Shown here: piece after piece, positions 24,625 to 38,281 of the stretch
Numbering within the stretch: position 1 is the stretch's first letter
Layout: the number at the start of each line of letters is the position of its first letter
Assembly (NCBI RefSeq): GCF_006345805.1
Contig: NC_043002.1
Location: 32,364,001-32,428,000 of the forward strand
Direction: 5' to 3'
DNA: 64,000 nucleotides
Source of the DNA: Octopus sinensis
Lineage: Eukaryota
Made by a program: the position numbers and the translations under genes
Notes under the pieces: generated by a model
Database searches by the model: none
Told to the model about the DNA's origin: nothing
What the model saw: only the letters and a program-made list of their open reading frames with translations

Positions 24625-25683
24625 CTTTTTTATCCAAGGGGAGGCAACAGGACCAACAACCACAGGAACACCAAACACATGCAAATCTTATATACTAGTT
24701 TATATCTAAACAGTCCGACATATTAGAAATTTAAAAATTCAGTAATATATACGTATCATATACAAATAAAAATATAAATACAAATATAAATATAAAAATA
24801 AATATAAATATAAATTTTGCATATAAAACTGTTAGAATAAGAGGAATTAATATAGTGACAATAAAATAAAAATATAGCATATCAAGACACGAGTAAAATT
24901 CCGGCGAATAGTACATAAAATATAATACACATACAAGCTTACAAAAATATAAGATATACAGAAGTCCATCATCTACGAGCCGTTTCGGGGATGTGCCAAT
25001 CAATACTAGACGTATCAGTACTTAAAATAGCACTTAAAATTGGCACTCCCCTCATCAGGATGCCCTATACAACACATATAAAACATGAACAAACACACAA
25101 ATACATAGTCATATACCGGCCATTCTCAGAACACGATATTTACGTACTCCCAGAGAAATTTTTACGTCGATCCTGAATGGAACTTTATACGCAAACCATT
25201 CGATACAGTCGCCATAGGAAATTGTATACACGTAGCGCCATCTGGCCCGTTTAACTTCAGTACTTAATTTATTTTATTTTATTTTATTCCAATTTTATAA
25301 ATTCTCCCATACATGCAAAGCCACATACTCAGGTTCGAGTCCTTGACTAACAGCTATTTTTCATATAATCACATTACTTTAGTTTAATCTCGTTTTCCAC
25401 TCACTATACTTACTAAACTTAATTCACTTGTTGGTTAGCTCTAACTTTTATTGCTATTTCTACTTCTAAATTTCCTATAGAACGTCGAGTGGATCTAATG
25501 CGTACACTGATGCATCACTGAACTTATTTAATACTGCGTTGTTGTAATTTTTCAATATAGTGTATGCCTCCCTTATGCATAAACTGCATCTAGTATATAA
25601 GATTTGCATGTGCTTGGTTTATCTTTGAATTTTGTGGTGTTTCTGTGGTTGTTGCTCCTGTTGCCTCCACTTGGATAAAAAAG
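24625..25683. mobile_element. ~1.06-kb element with inverted termini (24625-24698 and 25590-25683) between TA microsatellites, carrying an HHR
   Basis: ctttttt-atccaag.ggaggcaacagg...gcaaatcttatatactag present in both orientations. Confidence 0.7.
24970..25062 (-). ncRNA. Type I hammerhead ribozyme with canonical core
   Basis: CAUC-CUGAUGA-GGGGAGUGCCAA...UUGGCAC(A)UCCCC-GAAAC-GGCUC-GUA-GAUG; all three stems pair; predicted cleavage between 24974 and 24973. Confidence 0.8.
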
Positions 25684-25710
25684 TATATATATACATACAT
25701 ACATACATAC

Positions 25711-25757
<47 letters not shown>

Positions 25758-25759
25758 CA

Positions 25760-26255
25760 ATAATAAAAGGGTAAAATTAATTCATTATTAATTATCAAAT
25801 CAATTTTACCAAGTAGTGTTCAGTATGTAAAAAGACCTTTTACGGTATATTTAAAACATTACGTTATATAATTATAGTTCAGTAAAATAATTTACTTTTC
25901 CACACACCGAACTTTTAGAAATAGCAGCGAAAAAATTTTAGCTATTTCTTCTACTATAAGAAAAGTCTCCCAGACAATGTATACTCAAAAATAATTCACG
26001 CAGGTATAGAGGGAAAAATAACGAAAGATCACACGTACATCGATTACATGAGAACGCCGTTTCTGGCTTAGTTGGATATAGAGATCAACATTTCCGTCAT
26101 CAGCCCAAGATTTCTTTAGGTTTGGATTTGAGAGCACTAAAAATCGAACATACCCGTCTGATAAGAGTAATCCCAGACAAACCATCTTCGACCGCTAGTA
26201 CTAACGAATTCAAAAAGTACGAATGAGACTCTGTAACCTCTCTCGTCCACCCAAC
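25760..26255. mobile_element. Penelope-associated repeat with gggtaaaattaatt terminus
   Basis: Shares terminus and gtaaaataa.ttactt...ttagaaatagcagc block with 57240-57770 and 44745-45100; class assignment is inferred. Confidence 0.5.
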
Positions 26256-26256
26256 G

Positions 26257-26364
<108 letters not shown>

Positions 26365-26666
26365 GTATTGTATGTATATGATTATTATGGAGATGTACTT
26401 GTATAGAAAGTGACTTGGTCTGAGATGGTGTGCTGAAACGAAATCAATTGCATCGGGGAAGGCGTTTATAAGCCATCTAAAAACACACATAAAACCGTTA
26501 GATTCAGTTCAACATTTAAATTGAATTTGTGTCAAAATATTTTTGTTGCTTTGAAACTGCGACCTGTTCACTGACAAAATTTCGTGCTGCATCGAAATTT
26601 TGACAGTGAACAGGTCCTTCCCCGCTGCAATTTCCTCTGTGTGTGTATACACACACACTCATATGT

Positions 26667-26748
<82 letters not shown>

Positions 26749-26809
26749 TAATCCAAACAAGAAAGCACAAAAAAAAACACAACAACGCGAGGACGTGGAA
26801 CAAATATAG

Positions 26810-27625
26810 TACTATTTAACGTTTCGAGCGGAGCTCTTCGTCGGAAACATAGGAGAAGGAAAGATCCAGAGAAGGGAAGACAGAGGAAAAAATCGCCAAC
26901 GATACACACGAGGTCATGCACACACATAAATATTTGTGTATTGATTGTTTGAAGTGGTGTGCAGATTTTACACATTAAGAAAAAGGAGGTGATCACAATT
27001 TTGAATATTTAGTCCTCTCACCTCATTTAAGAGATTCATCATGAGTGATTTATTTACAGCAAATTCATTATTTTTATATATTTCTGAGTTAGTTGGAAAA
27101 AAATCTTGAATAGAGGATGTTAATAATATCTAGTGGTAATCTGATTTGATTCATCTGTGACTCTAGCATTTTTAATGGGGATTTTCTACGTCGTTATAAA
27201 TATATCCTTTTGTTTTTATACATTGATTTTTAGTTCAGGATTTTTTGATAAAATGAATTTCTTTGCTTTCTACTACTTTGGGTTATCACTTGGGCATTTG
27301 TAGCAGGGAAATATCTTGAATCTGCTTTTTGTATATATTTCCGGACGATTACTTAGCAGAATATTGTGTAACTGTTTTTCTCTGATGTGTTGTGTGTGGA
27401 TTCTTGCACATTGGCAAAGAGAATTGCTGGTTTAGCCAGTACAATTTTCTTTACAATTGGGACAGCATATGTAGTATATGACAATCTGTGTCTTGCATTA
27501 TATATCTGCATTTACTTGGAAGGAGACAGTTATTTCTTATTAGTGTGAAATTATGTTAAGCAGAGATATTTTTGGATTGCTGTTCAGTGTCTTACTCCCA
27601 CAGGCTCTATAAGCGATTGTAGGTG
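26810..27625 (-). mobile_element. Penelope-like element 3' part (GIY-YIG plus UTR with HHR-like motif)
   Basis: CKTQIVIYYICCPNCKENCTG*TSNSL..ARIHTQHIRE. Confidence 0.75.
26815..26847 (-). ncRNA. Minimal HHR-like motif at the 3' end of a Penelope-like element
   Basis: UUU-CCGACGA-A-GAGC-UCC-GCUC-GAAAC-GUU-AAA; palindromic AACGUU stem III. Confidence 0.55.
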
Positions 27626-28415
27626 CTTTCGCACCTTGTCACACACACACACACACACGCACGCACCCATTTTATATACGGCAAAGTTTCATGTGAACAT
27701 CGTTAAATGCGTGTAATATAACACAAATATGCATGGTTATGATGATGTGTACAATAAAACAAAATGTGCGGTTATGATCACAACGACGACGGCGATATTT
27801 AAATTCTCAAATAATTTTCCAACTAAAAACCGTATGTAGTTGTTGAAGATTCAGGGGAAGAAACTCTTCAGAACCTTTCTGAATTGGAAGGTAAGTAACT
27901 CTTGATTGAGTTCATCTTAAAGTTGTATGTAACTAAAATAGAACCTTCTGGTTAGGTTCATCATAGTGGGAGGGGTTAAACACGACACTACAATATAATG
28001 AACTACCACGCGATACACAAACATCAGATGCTGATTTCCTAAAAATAACTACTAAATCTTCAGGAATTCACATGCTACATGCTATAAACTGCATGAAGGC
28101 GTGGAAGGTGAAGAAAACAACTATAACATTAATTTCAAAATCGATTACATTGACGCCAGTGTTCAAATGGTACTTATTTTGTCGGCCCTGTAAGGATGAC
28201 AGGCAAAGTCGACCCCGGACAAATTGGGACTCAGAACATGAGGACGGACAAAATACCGTAAAAACATTTCTGTCGGCATTCTAACGTGTCTGCCAAAGCA
28301 CCGCCTCAAAGTAACATAAGGTATTACTGCATATGAGAAGAAGAAGAAGAAGAAGAAGAAGAAGAAAAATAACAACAATCTTTGTATGCATCTATACATA
28401 CACACACACACACAC

Positions 28416-28449
<34 letters not shown>

Positions 28450-29439
28450 GTAAATGTAATATGTGACAACTATTCGGTAGCCATGATAAAACTCCGAGTT
28501 TCGGATGCGGACGTGGAAATCTACACCGCCATCTCTTCAGTTATCCGGCCATCGGAAAAAAAGCAATGAAAATGACCGTTATACAAAGGGAAATTACTGT
28601 GTGATTGACCGCTATTAAGACAAAAGACCTATTTGAATGACCGCTAAGTGAGGGGAGGGAGTAAAAGTAAGGAGGTAAAAAAGTTCATAATATTCGCGTA
28701 AGCGCGCATGTCCATACCTACACATGCACCCCCGCGCACCCACGTCCATGCGCCTAAAAGTATACATTCATTCACCTTCACTTGAAACGTGCACATTCTC
28801 ACCCGCACCATTCGCCAATATATATATATATATATATATACATATATATATTCAATCCCAAACACATACGCGCTCCAAAAAGTTCATACACACGTTTATA
28901 TACGCACAAGCACAAAAAAAAAAACAGGGCTAAGGGTAACAATACAGAAAGAAACGTGTAAGAGAGTATAAAACTAAGCAAAGAGTAAACCATGTCTATA
29001 TACACACATACCCGTATGCACGCATGCAGACACGCCTATATACGCGCATACCCACGCACATCTATATACGCACAGGAAAAATGCAGGCTGGAAGGTAGAA
29101 TACAGAGAAATTATGTGATAATGGAGGCAGTTATCTAAAATTTTGGATATGAACATCTGTTATTTACAACAATTACTGTTCCCCAGAAAAGTCCATAGGA
29201 GAATGCATTTGATACTTTGGAAAAAAACATGAAAACTAAGTATTAATAATTTTTTATACACAACACCCTAGACTTTTTATTACTTTATAGACTATACCGT
29301 GGACATCTTATGATCTTTTTTTAACACTGTTTTTTATCCTAACTTTTATTAGTAAGTAGGACTATACCATTTAATGTGTTTATATATATTTCTCATGCAT
29401 TTTTATATTTTCAAAATTAAGATAAACAAAGTATACTCT

Positions 29440-30140
29440 CCTTTATTTGCTACAATGGTCTTTCATCTATCTAGTAGACTTGCAAGATCCCTCTTCCAAA
29501 ATTCACTTGTCCTGACGAAAAATACTCCTCCAGTACTGTTCTGAATTCATATTCTTTCGGTCCAATGATTTTAATGACTACGGAATAAATGATAATCAGG
29601 TGGCGCAATGTCCGGCCAATATAGTGGGCAGAGCATCATTCCTCATTCAAACTGCTCCAGCCTTTCGAATGTCATCCTCACTGTATGTGGACGAGCATTT
29701 ATCCTGATAGAAGAACATCTTTCATCTTAAAACCAAAGATGGTTGTTTTTCTTCTAGCACTGACTTAAGCCGCTGAAGCTGCTCGCAGCTGCTCATTTGT
29801 CCTAGTTTGGTTTGGGTTTAAAAGTTGAAAGTGGACTAAAACTTTCATATCCCACCAAACAGATAACAACGCTTTTGATGGATGAGGACATTCTTTAACC
29901 TGGGGTGCCAGTGTTTCTCCTTCCCTACTCACGGTTTATGGGGCTTTACATATTTATAGAGAACCTTTTTTTCGTCATCGGTCTCAATTCTGTCCAATAT
30001 AGTGTCATTCGGGAGACGTGACTGCAAAGAAGAGCGCAGACTCGGAAAGTTTGTGAGGAAACCACTGACTTAATTTACGGACTTTTCCGATGATAAATGG
30101 TTCAATGAGCAAGTCCAAACAGTTATAGCTTTGAAAAAAA
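29440..30140 (-). mobile_element. Decayed mariner transposase fragment
   Basis: LLSVWWDMK, QDNARPH, PDIAPPDYHLFR remnants. Confidence 0.8.
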
Positions 30141-30505
30141 AATAGCTGTTTAAATTGAACTGCAATTTTCAAAACTTGCATAAGAAAAAGTACAAGGTAA
30201 AATTACTACGTTTTCCTTGCAAGATGATGCAGGTAGTATATCACCGCCTCACTGACTTTTAGTTCAAGCAATTGAAAAAATCGCATTATTTATGGGATGA
30301 CTTAATATATAAATAGGTGCTTAAAACAATATAAAGCGTTGATATGACTCAGGGTTAATTCCATATGCGGCTTAGGTATGAAAGTAAAACACAATTAGTA
30401 TTTGAAATTTACTGCAGTTGTTTCAAAAGCACTTTATTCATGCATTTTATTCTTACACTTTATAAATTTATTCAAACACATATATGCATTTATGAGTATG
30501 TATGG

Positions 30506-30636
<131 letters not shown>

Positions 30637-31149
30637 TGAATTTCCAAGTATGAAAATTGATAAAGCCAAAGATTTCATTCATGATGTCATTCAGTAACTT
30701 CCTTGTCTCATGTTTCATCGCATTGATCTTTATAGCTTTCTTGCGATGGTGTGACTGATTTCTGTTCTTGTTGACAGCAGGTCAGGGCTAGAAAATAATT
30801 GAGATAGTGATTTGAAAACTAGGACTGTTTTCGTATATTTTCTGCTTGAATATTCGATTACATCTCCAGTTTCTCTATGAATTTGATTGCTATGTTTCAT
30901 CTGAGTTCAAATTCCGCCGAGGTCGACTTTGCCTTTTATCCTTTCGGAATCAATTAATTAAGTACCAGTCAAGTACTGTGGTCGAAGCGATCGAACCCCA
31001 CCCACAAATTTCAGACCTTGTGCCTTTAGTAGAAAGAATTATTCTTTTTATTTCTATTGGGCTTTCTATTCCCTGTATATTTCTTTTGATGCCTTCTGAT
31101 ACAGACTTGAAACACACACGAAAAATTGGCACTATCTTCACCTTCATTT

Positions 31150-31855
31150 TTCATAGCCGTGTAATTTCACACTTTAGAGGACTGTATGTAACATTTTTCG
31201 CCTTCCTTCTTGACTATTTGTATGTCAATGTGACATATAACATCAACTAAATAGCACATATGATACACCTTGTCCACTGACATTAGGTCCGGTTTATTAT
31301 TTCTTAGCACCTGGCCTGTTTGGATTGGGAAACCACACAGGATTTTGCAGGTCTCCAACCCCGTCACTTTCTGCGATTTGAGCACATACCACGTCTTGCC
31401 TATCTCTGGACCCCACTTTTCGCACAGTTTCCAAAGTAGCACTTTCACTACCTCATCGTGTCATCACAGCTTGTAATGGTTTGGAGCATTCGTTCAGGAT
31501 ATGGGCAATGGTTTCGTCCACCCTATTACAGATGCGACACAATTTAGGCACTTTCTCATGCCTAAGGTTGATCCTCCAATATGTAGTCGAAGCTTGATTT
31601 TACGCTGCCAGTATGGTGCTTTCTGTCTCTTTTCACATCGCTCCTTTCTTCTGCCAGTCTCACCAGTTTTCCAGCAACTTCTGTTGTGGCTACATGGAAT
31701 TGATTGTGTAGTCCCTTGTAGCGTAATGCTTCTTCATGTAATTTTGTACTGCTTGCTTTATTTACCTTTTCTCTCTGTTTTTAAAACTGCCTCATTCTTA
31801 ATTGGCAGTAGCAGGGTTTCCTTACTTTTGTATAGACATCTCAGTAAGCTTCCGA
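31150..31855 (-). mobile_element. R4/Dong-like LINE fragment
   Basis: LLWKLCEKWG...NNKPDL..VDK..CYLVDV endonuclease motif. Confidence 0.75.
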
Positions 31856-31868
31856 GTTCGATAAGTAT

Positions 31869-32447
31869 GATATTTTCTACTCTAGGCACAAGGCCCTAAA
31901 TTTTGGGGGAGGAGGCCAGTCGATTCGATCGACCCAGTATTTAATTTATCGACTCCGAAAGGATGAAATGCAAAGTCGACCCCGGCGGAATTCGAACTCA
32001 GAACGTAAAGTCAGACGAAATACCTATTTCTATTTCTTTACTACTCACAAGGGGCTACACACAGAGAGGATAAACAAGGATAGACAAACGGATTAAGTCG
32101 CTTACATCAACCCCAGTGCGTAACTGGTACTTAATTTATCGACCCCGAAAAGATGAAAGACAAAGTGGACCTCGGCAGAATTTGAACTCAGAACGTAACG
32201 GCAGACGAAATACCTATTTCTTTACTACCCACAAGGGGCTAAACACAGAGAGGACAAACAAGGACAGACAAACGGATTAAGTCGATTACATCGACCCCAT
32301 TGCGTAACTGGTACTTATTTAATCGACCACGAAAGGATGAAAGGCAAAGTCGACTTCGGCGGAATTTGAACTAAGAACGTAACGGCAGACGAAATACTGC
32401 TAAGCATTTCGCCCGGCTTGCTAACGTTTCTGCCAGGTCGCCGCCTT
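31869..32447 (-). mobile_element. SINE group A tandem trimer
   Basis: Three internal units plus head. Confidence 0.9.
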
Positions 32448-33536
32448 CAAATATAGTCTTATTGACGGTGTAATAAAAGACTGTTTATCGTACGTCTGCT
32501 CCAATACAGAAAAAAATTACATGAATGACCACCAAACTCAGCTTTTATACAAGTTTTATACAAGTTTTATTAATGACTCACATTAGGAGTTTTTTTTTTC
32601 TTTTTTAGTTACTATTTTCTTTCCGTTTTCTCCTTTCTTTCTAAAGTATAGACTCAGAAACGCATCTTTTTAACTTTCCATATATTTTACATTTGATCTC
32701 GAGTGAACCACGAGGTAAAAAAGTTAGGAACTAGAAATGAAATTATCTTCGTTATGAAACACCAGTTGAGCAGATTTGTAGTTTCATACAGTTAATATTG
32801 GTTTCAAATTTTGGTACAAGGCCAGCAAGTTCGGGAGAGGGACAATTCGATTACATCGACCCCAGTGTTCAACTCCTACTTATTTTATCAATCCCGAAAG
32901 GATGAAAGGCAAAGTCGACCTAAGACGAATTTCAGCTCAGAAGTAAATGACGGACGAAATACAACTAAAGGTATTGTTCGGTGTGCTAAAGATTCTACCG
33001 GTTATATTTAGGAATCTTCAATATATCTTAGGGAATCTTACGAGAGTTACAGAGATTAGGTAATAAATTCTAAATGAGAGAAAGGGGTATATATTTTTTC
33101 CTTTTGTTTGTGTAAGCAACACATGAAAGGACATCTATGCTAAATATTGATAGTCATACATCTTCATACATATACCTTTAAGAAATGTATTGTTAGTGTT
33201 CTCTCGAGAATATGATATGGGGGTTTGGAATGCAGATTTATCTAGAGTAGATTTGGTACAATATTGAACAAATTGATCTAGTATTATAAATCTTATGAAA
33301 ATTGTGAGATTATGAGGATTGTATCGTCTTTCTTTTCTATTTCAAATTTCAGTCGTATATAAATAAACGAATTATTTACAAGTGGCGATTTTATTCACTT
33401 GCTTGAAGTAGTGTCCGTTTCTCATCAAATTCGTTGACGTAATTTAACATATGTTGCGTGCATTTTAAGATATAACGGCAATGAGTATATCAACAACAAA
33501 ACTGAGCTCTTATTACGCAGCTAACACTGTACGCAG

Positions 33537-33585
33537 CTAACACTGTACCGCAGCTGAGTAATGAAGCAAACAGTTTGGGGAATAG
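33537..33585 (-). CDS. Possible terminal exon of the minus-strand gene (YSPNCLLHYSAAVQC*)
   Basis: Strong acceptor atgttttttcttcctttag, phase-2 start, TAG stop, minus-strand AATAAA at 33395-33390; no homology support. Confidence 0.22.
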
Positions 33586-33884
33586 CTAAAGGAAGAAAAA
33601 ACATATTGAAGTAAAACACAAAGTCACAATGAAATATAACAAATCTTTAATCAGGATAACCTGTATTGAAATCTTATAAAATTGTATGTGGGTACATGTC
33701 CGAAATTTAAAAAATATATTTAGTAAGATTTTTACTGAAAGTTATTTAACACATAAGAAAATCATGATCTTAAGTTTAATATTAGTACATTAACAGTTGT
33801 GTATTACAAAATCCCAATATTTATTGTAAAAGTATATTTTGTTTTAACATTGATTCATTTCCTCTAAATTCTATATATATATTT

Positions 33885-34252
33885 TATTGCCCTCAGGAGG
33901 CTAAACACAAAGAGGACAAACAAAGACAAAGTAATTAAGTTGTTTACATCCACCCTAGTATGTATCTGGTATTTATTTAGTCGACCTCGAAAGGATGAAA
34001 GGCAAAGTCGATCTCAGTGGAATTTGAACTCAGAACGTATCGGCAGACGAAATACCTATTTCTTTACTACCCGCAAGGGGCTAAACACAGAAGGGACAAA
34101 CAAGGACAGACAAACGGATTAAGTCCATTATATCGACCCCAGTGCGTAACAGGTACTTATTTAATCGACCACGAAAGGATGAAAGGTAAAGTTGACCTCG
34201 GCGGAATTTGAACTCAGAACGGCGTGGTAACATTTCTGTCAGCTCGCCGCCC
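33885..34252 (-). mobile_element. SINE group A dimer
   Basis: Same unit structure; further single copies at 1565-1775, 28140-28290, 30899-31040, 32795-33000, 47380-47705. Confidence 0.85.
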
Positions 34253-34688
34253 TCCTCCATGTAATAAATGCTATTACAGATATTACAATATAATAATATT
34301 GCAGCTAAATGTATGGTTAATCTTCATAGAAAACTTTTTACTTCTGGACTGTTCAATCATTTATTTAAAATAAGATGTCGTAAACTTAACATTGTCTCAC
34401 AAATGTATTAGTGTTATGAAACGATTTTTTCATCTATTTTTATCTTACTGATATTTTTTAAAAATTGTTTTAGTTGTCTGGTCGAGACCATGCTGGGGCA
34501 CCGCTTTAAAGGGTTCTCGTCAAACAAATCGACCACAGGGCTTACTTTTTTAAAGCCTGGTACTTATTCTATCGGTCTCTTTTGCTAAGCTGTTACGTTA
34601 CGGGAACGTAAACATACATACACCGGTTTCAAACGGTGCTGGGGAACAAGCGCAAACATAAAGACACACACACATTCATACATACATG

Positions 34689-34732
<44 letters not shown>

Positions 34733-34744
34733 ACACACACACAC

Positions 34745-34817
<73 letters not shown>

Positions 34818-34818
<1 letters not shown>

Positions 34819-35195
34819 AAGGCGCAATGGCCCAGTGGTTAGGGCAGCGGACTCGCGGTCGTAGGATCGCGGTTTCGATTCCCAGACCGGGCGTTGTGAG
34901 TGTTTATTAAGCGAAAACACCTAAAGCTCCACGAGGCTCCTGCAGGGGATGGTGGTGATCCCTGCTGTACTATTTCACCACAACTTTCTCTCGCTCTTTC
35001 TTCCTGTTTCTGTTGTACCTATATTTCAAAGGGCCGGCCTTGTCACTCTCTGTGTCACGCTGAATATCCCCGAGAACTACATTAAGGGTACACGTGTCTG
35101 TGGAGTGCTCAGCCACTTGCACGTTAATTCCACGAGCAGGCTGTTCCGTTGATCGGATCAACTGGAACCCTCATCGTCGGAACCGACGGAGTGCT
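34818..35195 (+). mobile_element. SINE with group-B tail and a distinct tRNA-like head
   Basis: tggcccagtggttagg and gtttcgattccc boxes; head shared with the minus-strand SINEs at 47030-47315 and 63430-63718. Confidence 0.88.
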
Positions 35196-36229
35196 TCCAT
35201 CCATGTATGTATGTATGTGTGTGTGTGTGTGGTGTGTGTGTATACAACGTGCTTCTTTCAGTTTCCATCTACAAAATCTACTAACAAGAATTTATTCAGC
35301 CGGAGGCTAAAGTAGAATACGCTTGCCCAACATGTCACACAGTGGGACTGAATCCAGAATCAGGGTCCTGGTAAGTAATCTTCTTATGACACAGCCACGC
35401 CTGAAACAACGAAGCAATGAACACTATTTCGAGAGTAGATCAAGAATTAGTGGAACTAAAATTTGCATTACTTTCTGACCAATCCACTTAAAATGAGTAT
35501 AATAAAGGGCTTAGTAAAAATCATATTTTACTAGTGTATTCCAAATGCCTGTAGCCCAATTTTGATTGAATGCTCCCTTTATCTCCGACTAAAAAGAGAA
35601 AAGCAATTTAATGAACTGTTTTTACTAAGGTCAACATATTTCTTCAGAAAATTTATAATAGGAAGCAAATAGATGTGTTTTAATTATGTGAAGTTTATCG
35701 TCTAACGAAGTAGATATACGTACATTTTGAGAAAGTATTGAAATTGTGAACAGAAGAAAGATTTACATCTAGATAGATAAACCAATTTATGGTAAGTTTA
35801 CTAATATTTGTTATTTATTAGGCATTTATTAATTTTTTGTAGTATTTTACACATCTACCTGCATAGGTACACATCTACATGCATAGGTTGAAAGGTTCAC
35901 TAAACTTTTGTTCTGATACAAGAAAATATTTTGGTATTTTGCCTTAAAAATTATACCTAATTTTATTTTAATAATTATTTTAAAAATTCACACTATTTAA
36001 GAAAAAAATATTAAAACTAAACAAATTGATTGCTGTAAGTTTAAAACTTGGTTGTCTTGTCCATATCCAGTCTGAAAAATACGATAAAGTTTCATTATTA
36101 TTCAACTGCTTGATATAATAATACAGTACATTCTGAAGTTGGTAAGTTGTAAAAAGGTCAAGGAATCACTTGAAATAGCAACCGATTATCTTTAGAGTTG
36201 CACAAATGCATCATAAAACGGAATCACAC

Positions 36230-36415
36230 ACCGGATATTGTACTTCTAGATCTAATCATACTGACGAGGAAAAGAATGGAATTGCCACACTTAGAGAACT
36301 TTCTATTTTGCTGCATTTACGGCATATTGCAATAATGCCGACTAGCATTTTTGATATTTGTCTGCAAAGACTCCAAGGAAGCTATCCATTTCCCATGAGC
36401 AATATGGTAAAGCCA
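36230..36415 (+). pseudogene. Possible decayed CDK10/CDK-like processed fragment
   Basis: HTDEEKNGIATLRELSILLHLRH resembles CDK10 [26 protein letters not shown].L...PF...VK follows; recognised by eye only. Confidence 0.3.
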
Positions 36416-36635
36416 AACAGGGAAGTCAAATAAAGTTGTCACAAAAGTAAATTATGAATATGTACATATATATGTATACATAAATACATACGTACGCACA
36501 CACAGACACACACATATATTTCTGTGTTAGTGTGTGTATACATATATGTATGTATGTATGTATCTATGTATGTATGCATGCAGATATGTATGCATGTATG
36601 TATATATATATATATTATATATATATATATAATAT

Positions 36636-36666
<31 letters not shown>

Positions 36667-36706
36667 TATATATATAATATATATATATATTATATATATA
36701 TATATT

Positions 36707-36769
<63 letters not shown>

Positions 36770-36939
36770 TTATATACATGTATATATTCATATGTGTATA
36801 TGAATATATATTTGTATATGTGTGTACATATATGTGTTTGTGATTGTACGTGAACATTTTTATATATGTACATTTATGTGTGTCTATATATGTATATTTG
36901 CATATATATTTAAGTATATATGAAACGAAGGCGGGGAAG

Positions 36940-37360
36940 ATATGTACAGATATACTTCTGGAAAGTTCTGGAAGGCCTTGTACCAAACTTTGGCATTGAA
37001 GGTTACACAAACAGCAGATCGGGACACCACTGCTTAGTGCCAAAATCCCTGCATCACCATCAAAATACAGGACCAGATACTGGGTTTCAGGGGCCCACAG
37101 CTCTTCAGTATCCTTTCAAAATGCCGCAGAGTTTTGCATGGTGTGGATGTGGGTGTCTTCAAAGCAAACCTGGATCTCCACCTGTCAAGGATCCCAGAAA
37201 AGCCTATCTCACGGCAGGAGACACATATGATTGCAGCAGCATCAATCTAACTCATTTACCAAATGCCACATATCAGAGGGGATCTCAAATAATGGGGTAG
37301 CACAGTTAATGGTGGTGCGCCAACATGACTACAAATTTGAAGCTGAAACAATTTAAAGAT
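36940..37360 (+). mobile_element. CR1-like LINE 3' fragment
   Basis: KRRRGRYVQIYFWKVLEGLVPNFGI; tandem tttaaaga tail. Confidence 0.8.
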
Positions 37361-37404
37361 TTAAAGATATATATACATACATACATACATACATACATAC
37401 ACAC

Positions 37405-37810
<406 letters not shown>

Positions 37811-38118
37811 GTTCGCATACTAATAATGGCAAATATATGCTCTCTGTATTTAGATGGGTATTGGCTTTGAGGAGGAGTATTGTTGACCTTGGAACTTGTC
37901 TCTTTCAAATTAATACTTTAATCTAATCGCTCAGTAGAATAAGCCCTACACTGTTGTTTCTTGAAAAGGGTTCACCTCAATAATTTGGTTGGCCCTGGGC
38001 TATTGTAGAAGACATTTGCCCAAATTGCCACGCAGTGGAACTGAACTGGTACCATGGGGTTGGGAAGTAAACGTCTTACCACACAGCTACTCCGGCACCT
38101 ACACACACACACACACAC

Positions 38119-38206
<88 letters not shown>

Positions 38207-38281
38207 TGTGTGTGTACCTGTGTGTATATGTGTAGGTATACGTGTATCAAATAATAATTAGGTTTCAATGAGACAACTTAC

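Noticed and set aside
34818-34895. tRNA gene (also the heads at 5792, 37510, 41268, 47315)
   Set aside because: A/B boxes continue into SINE bodies and I could not fold a complete cloverleaf
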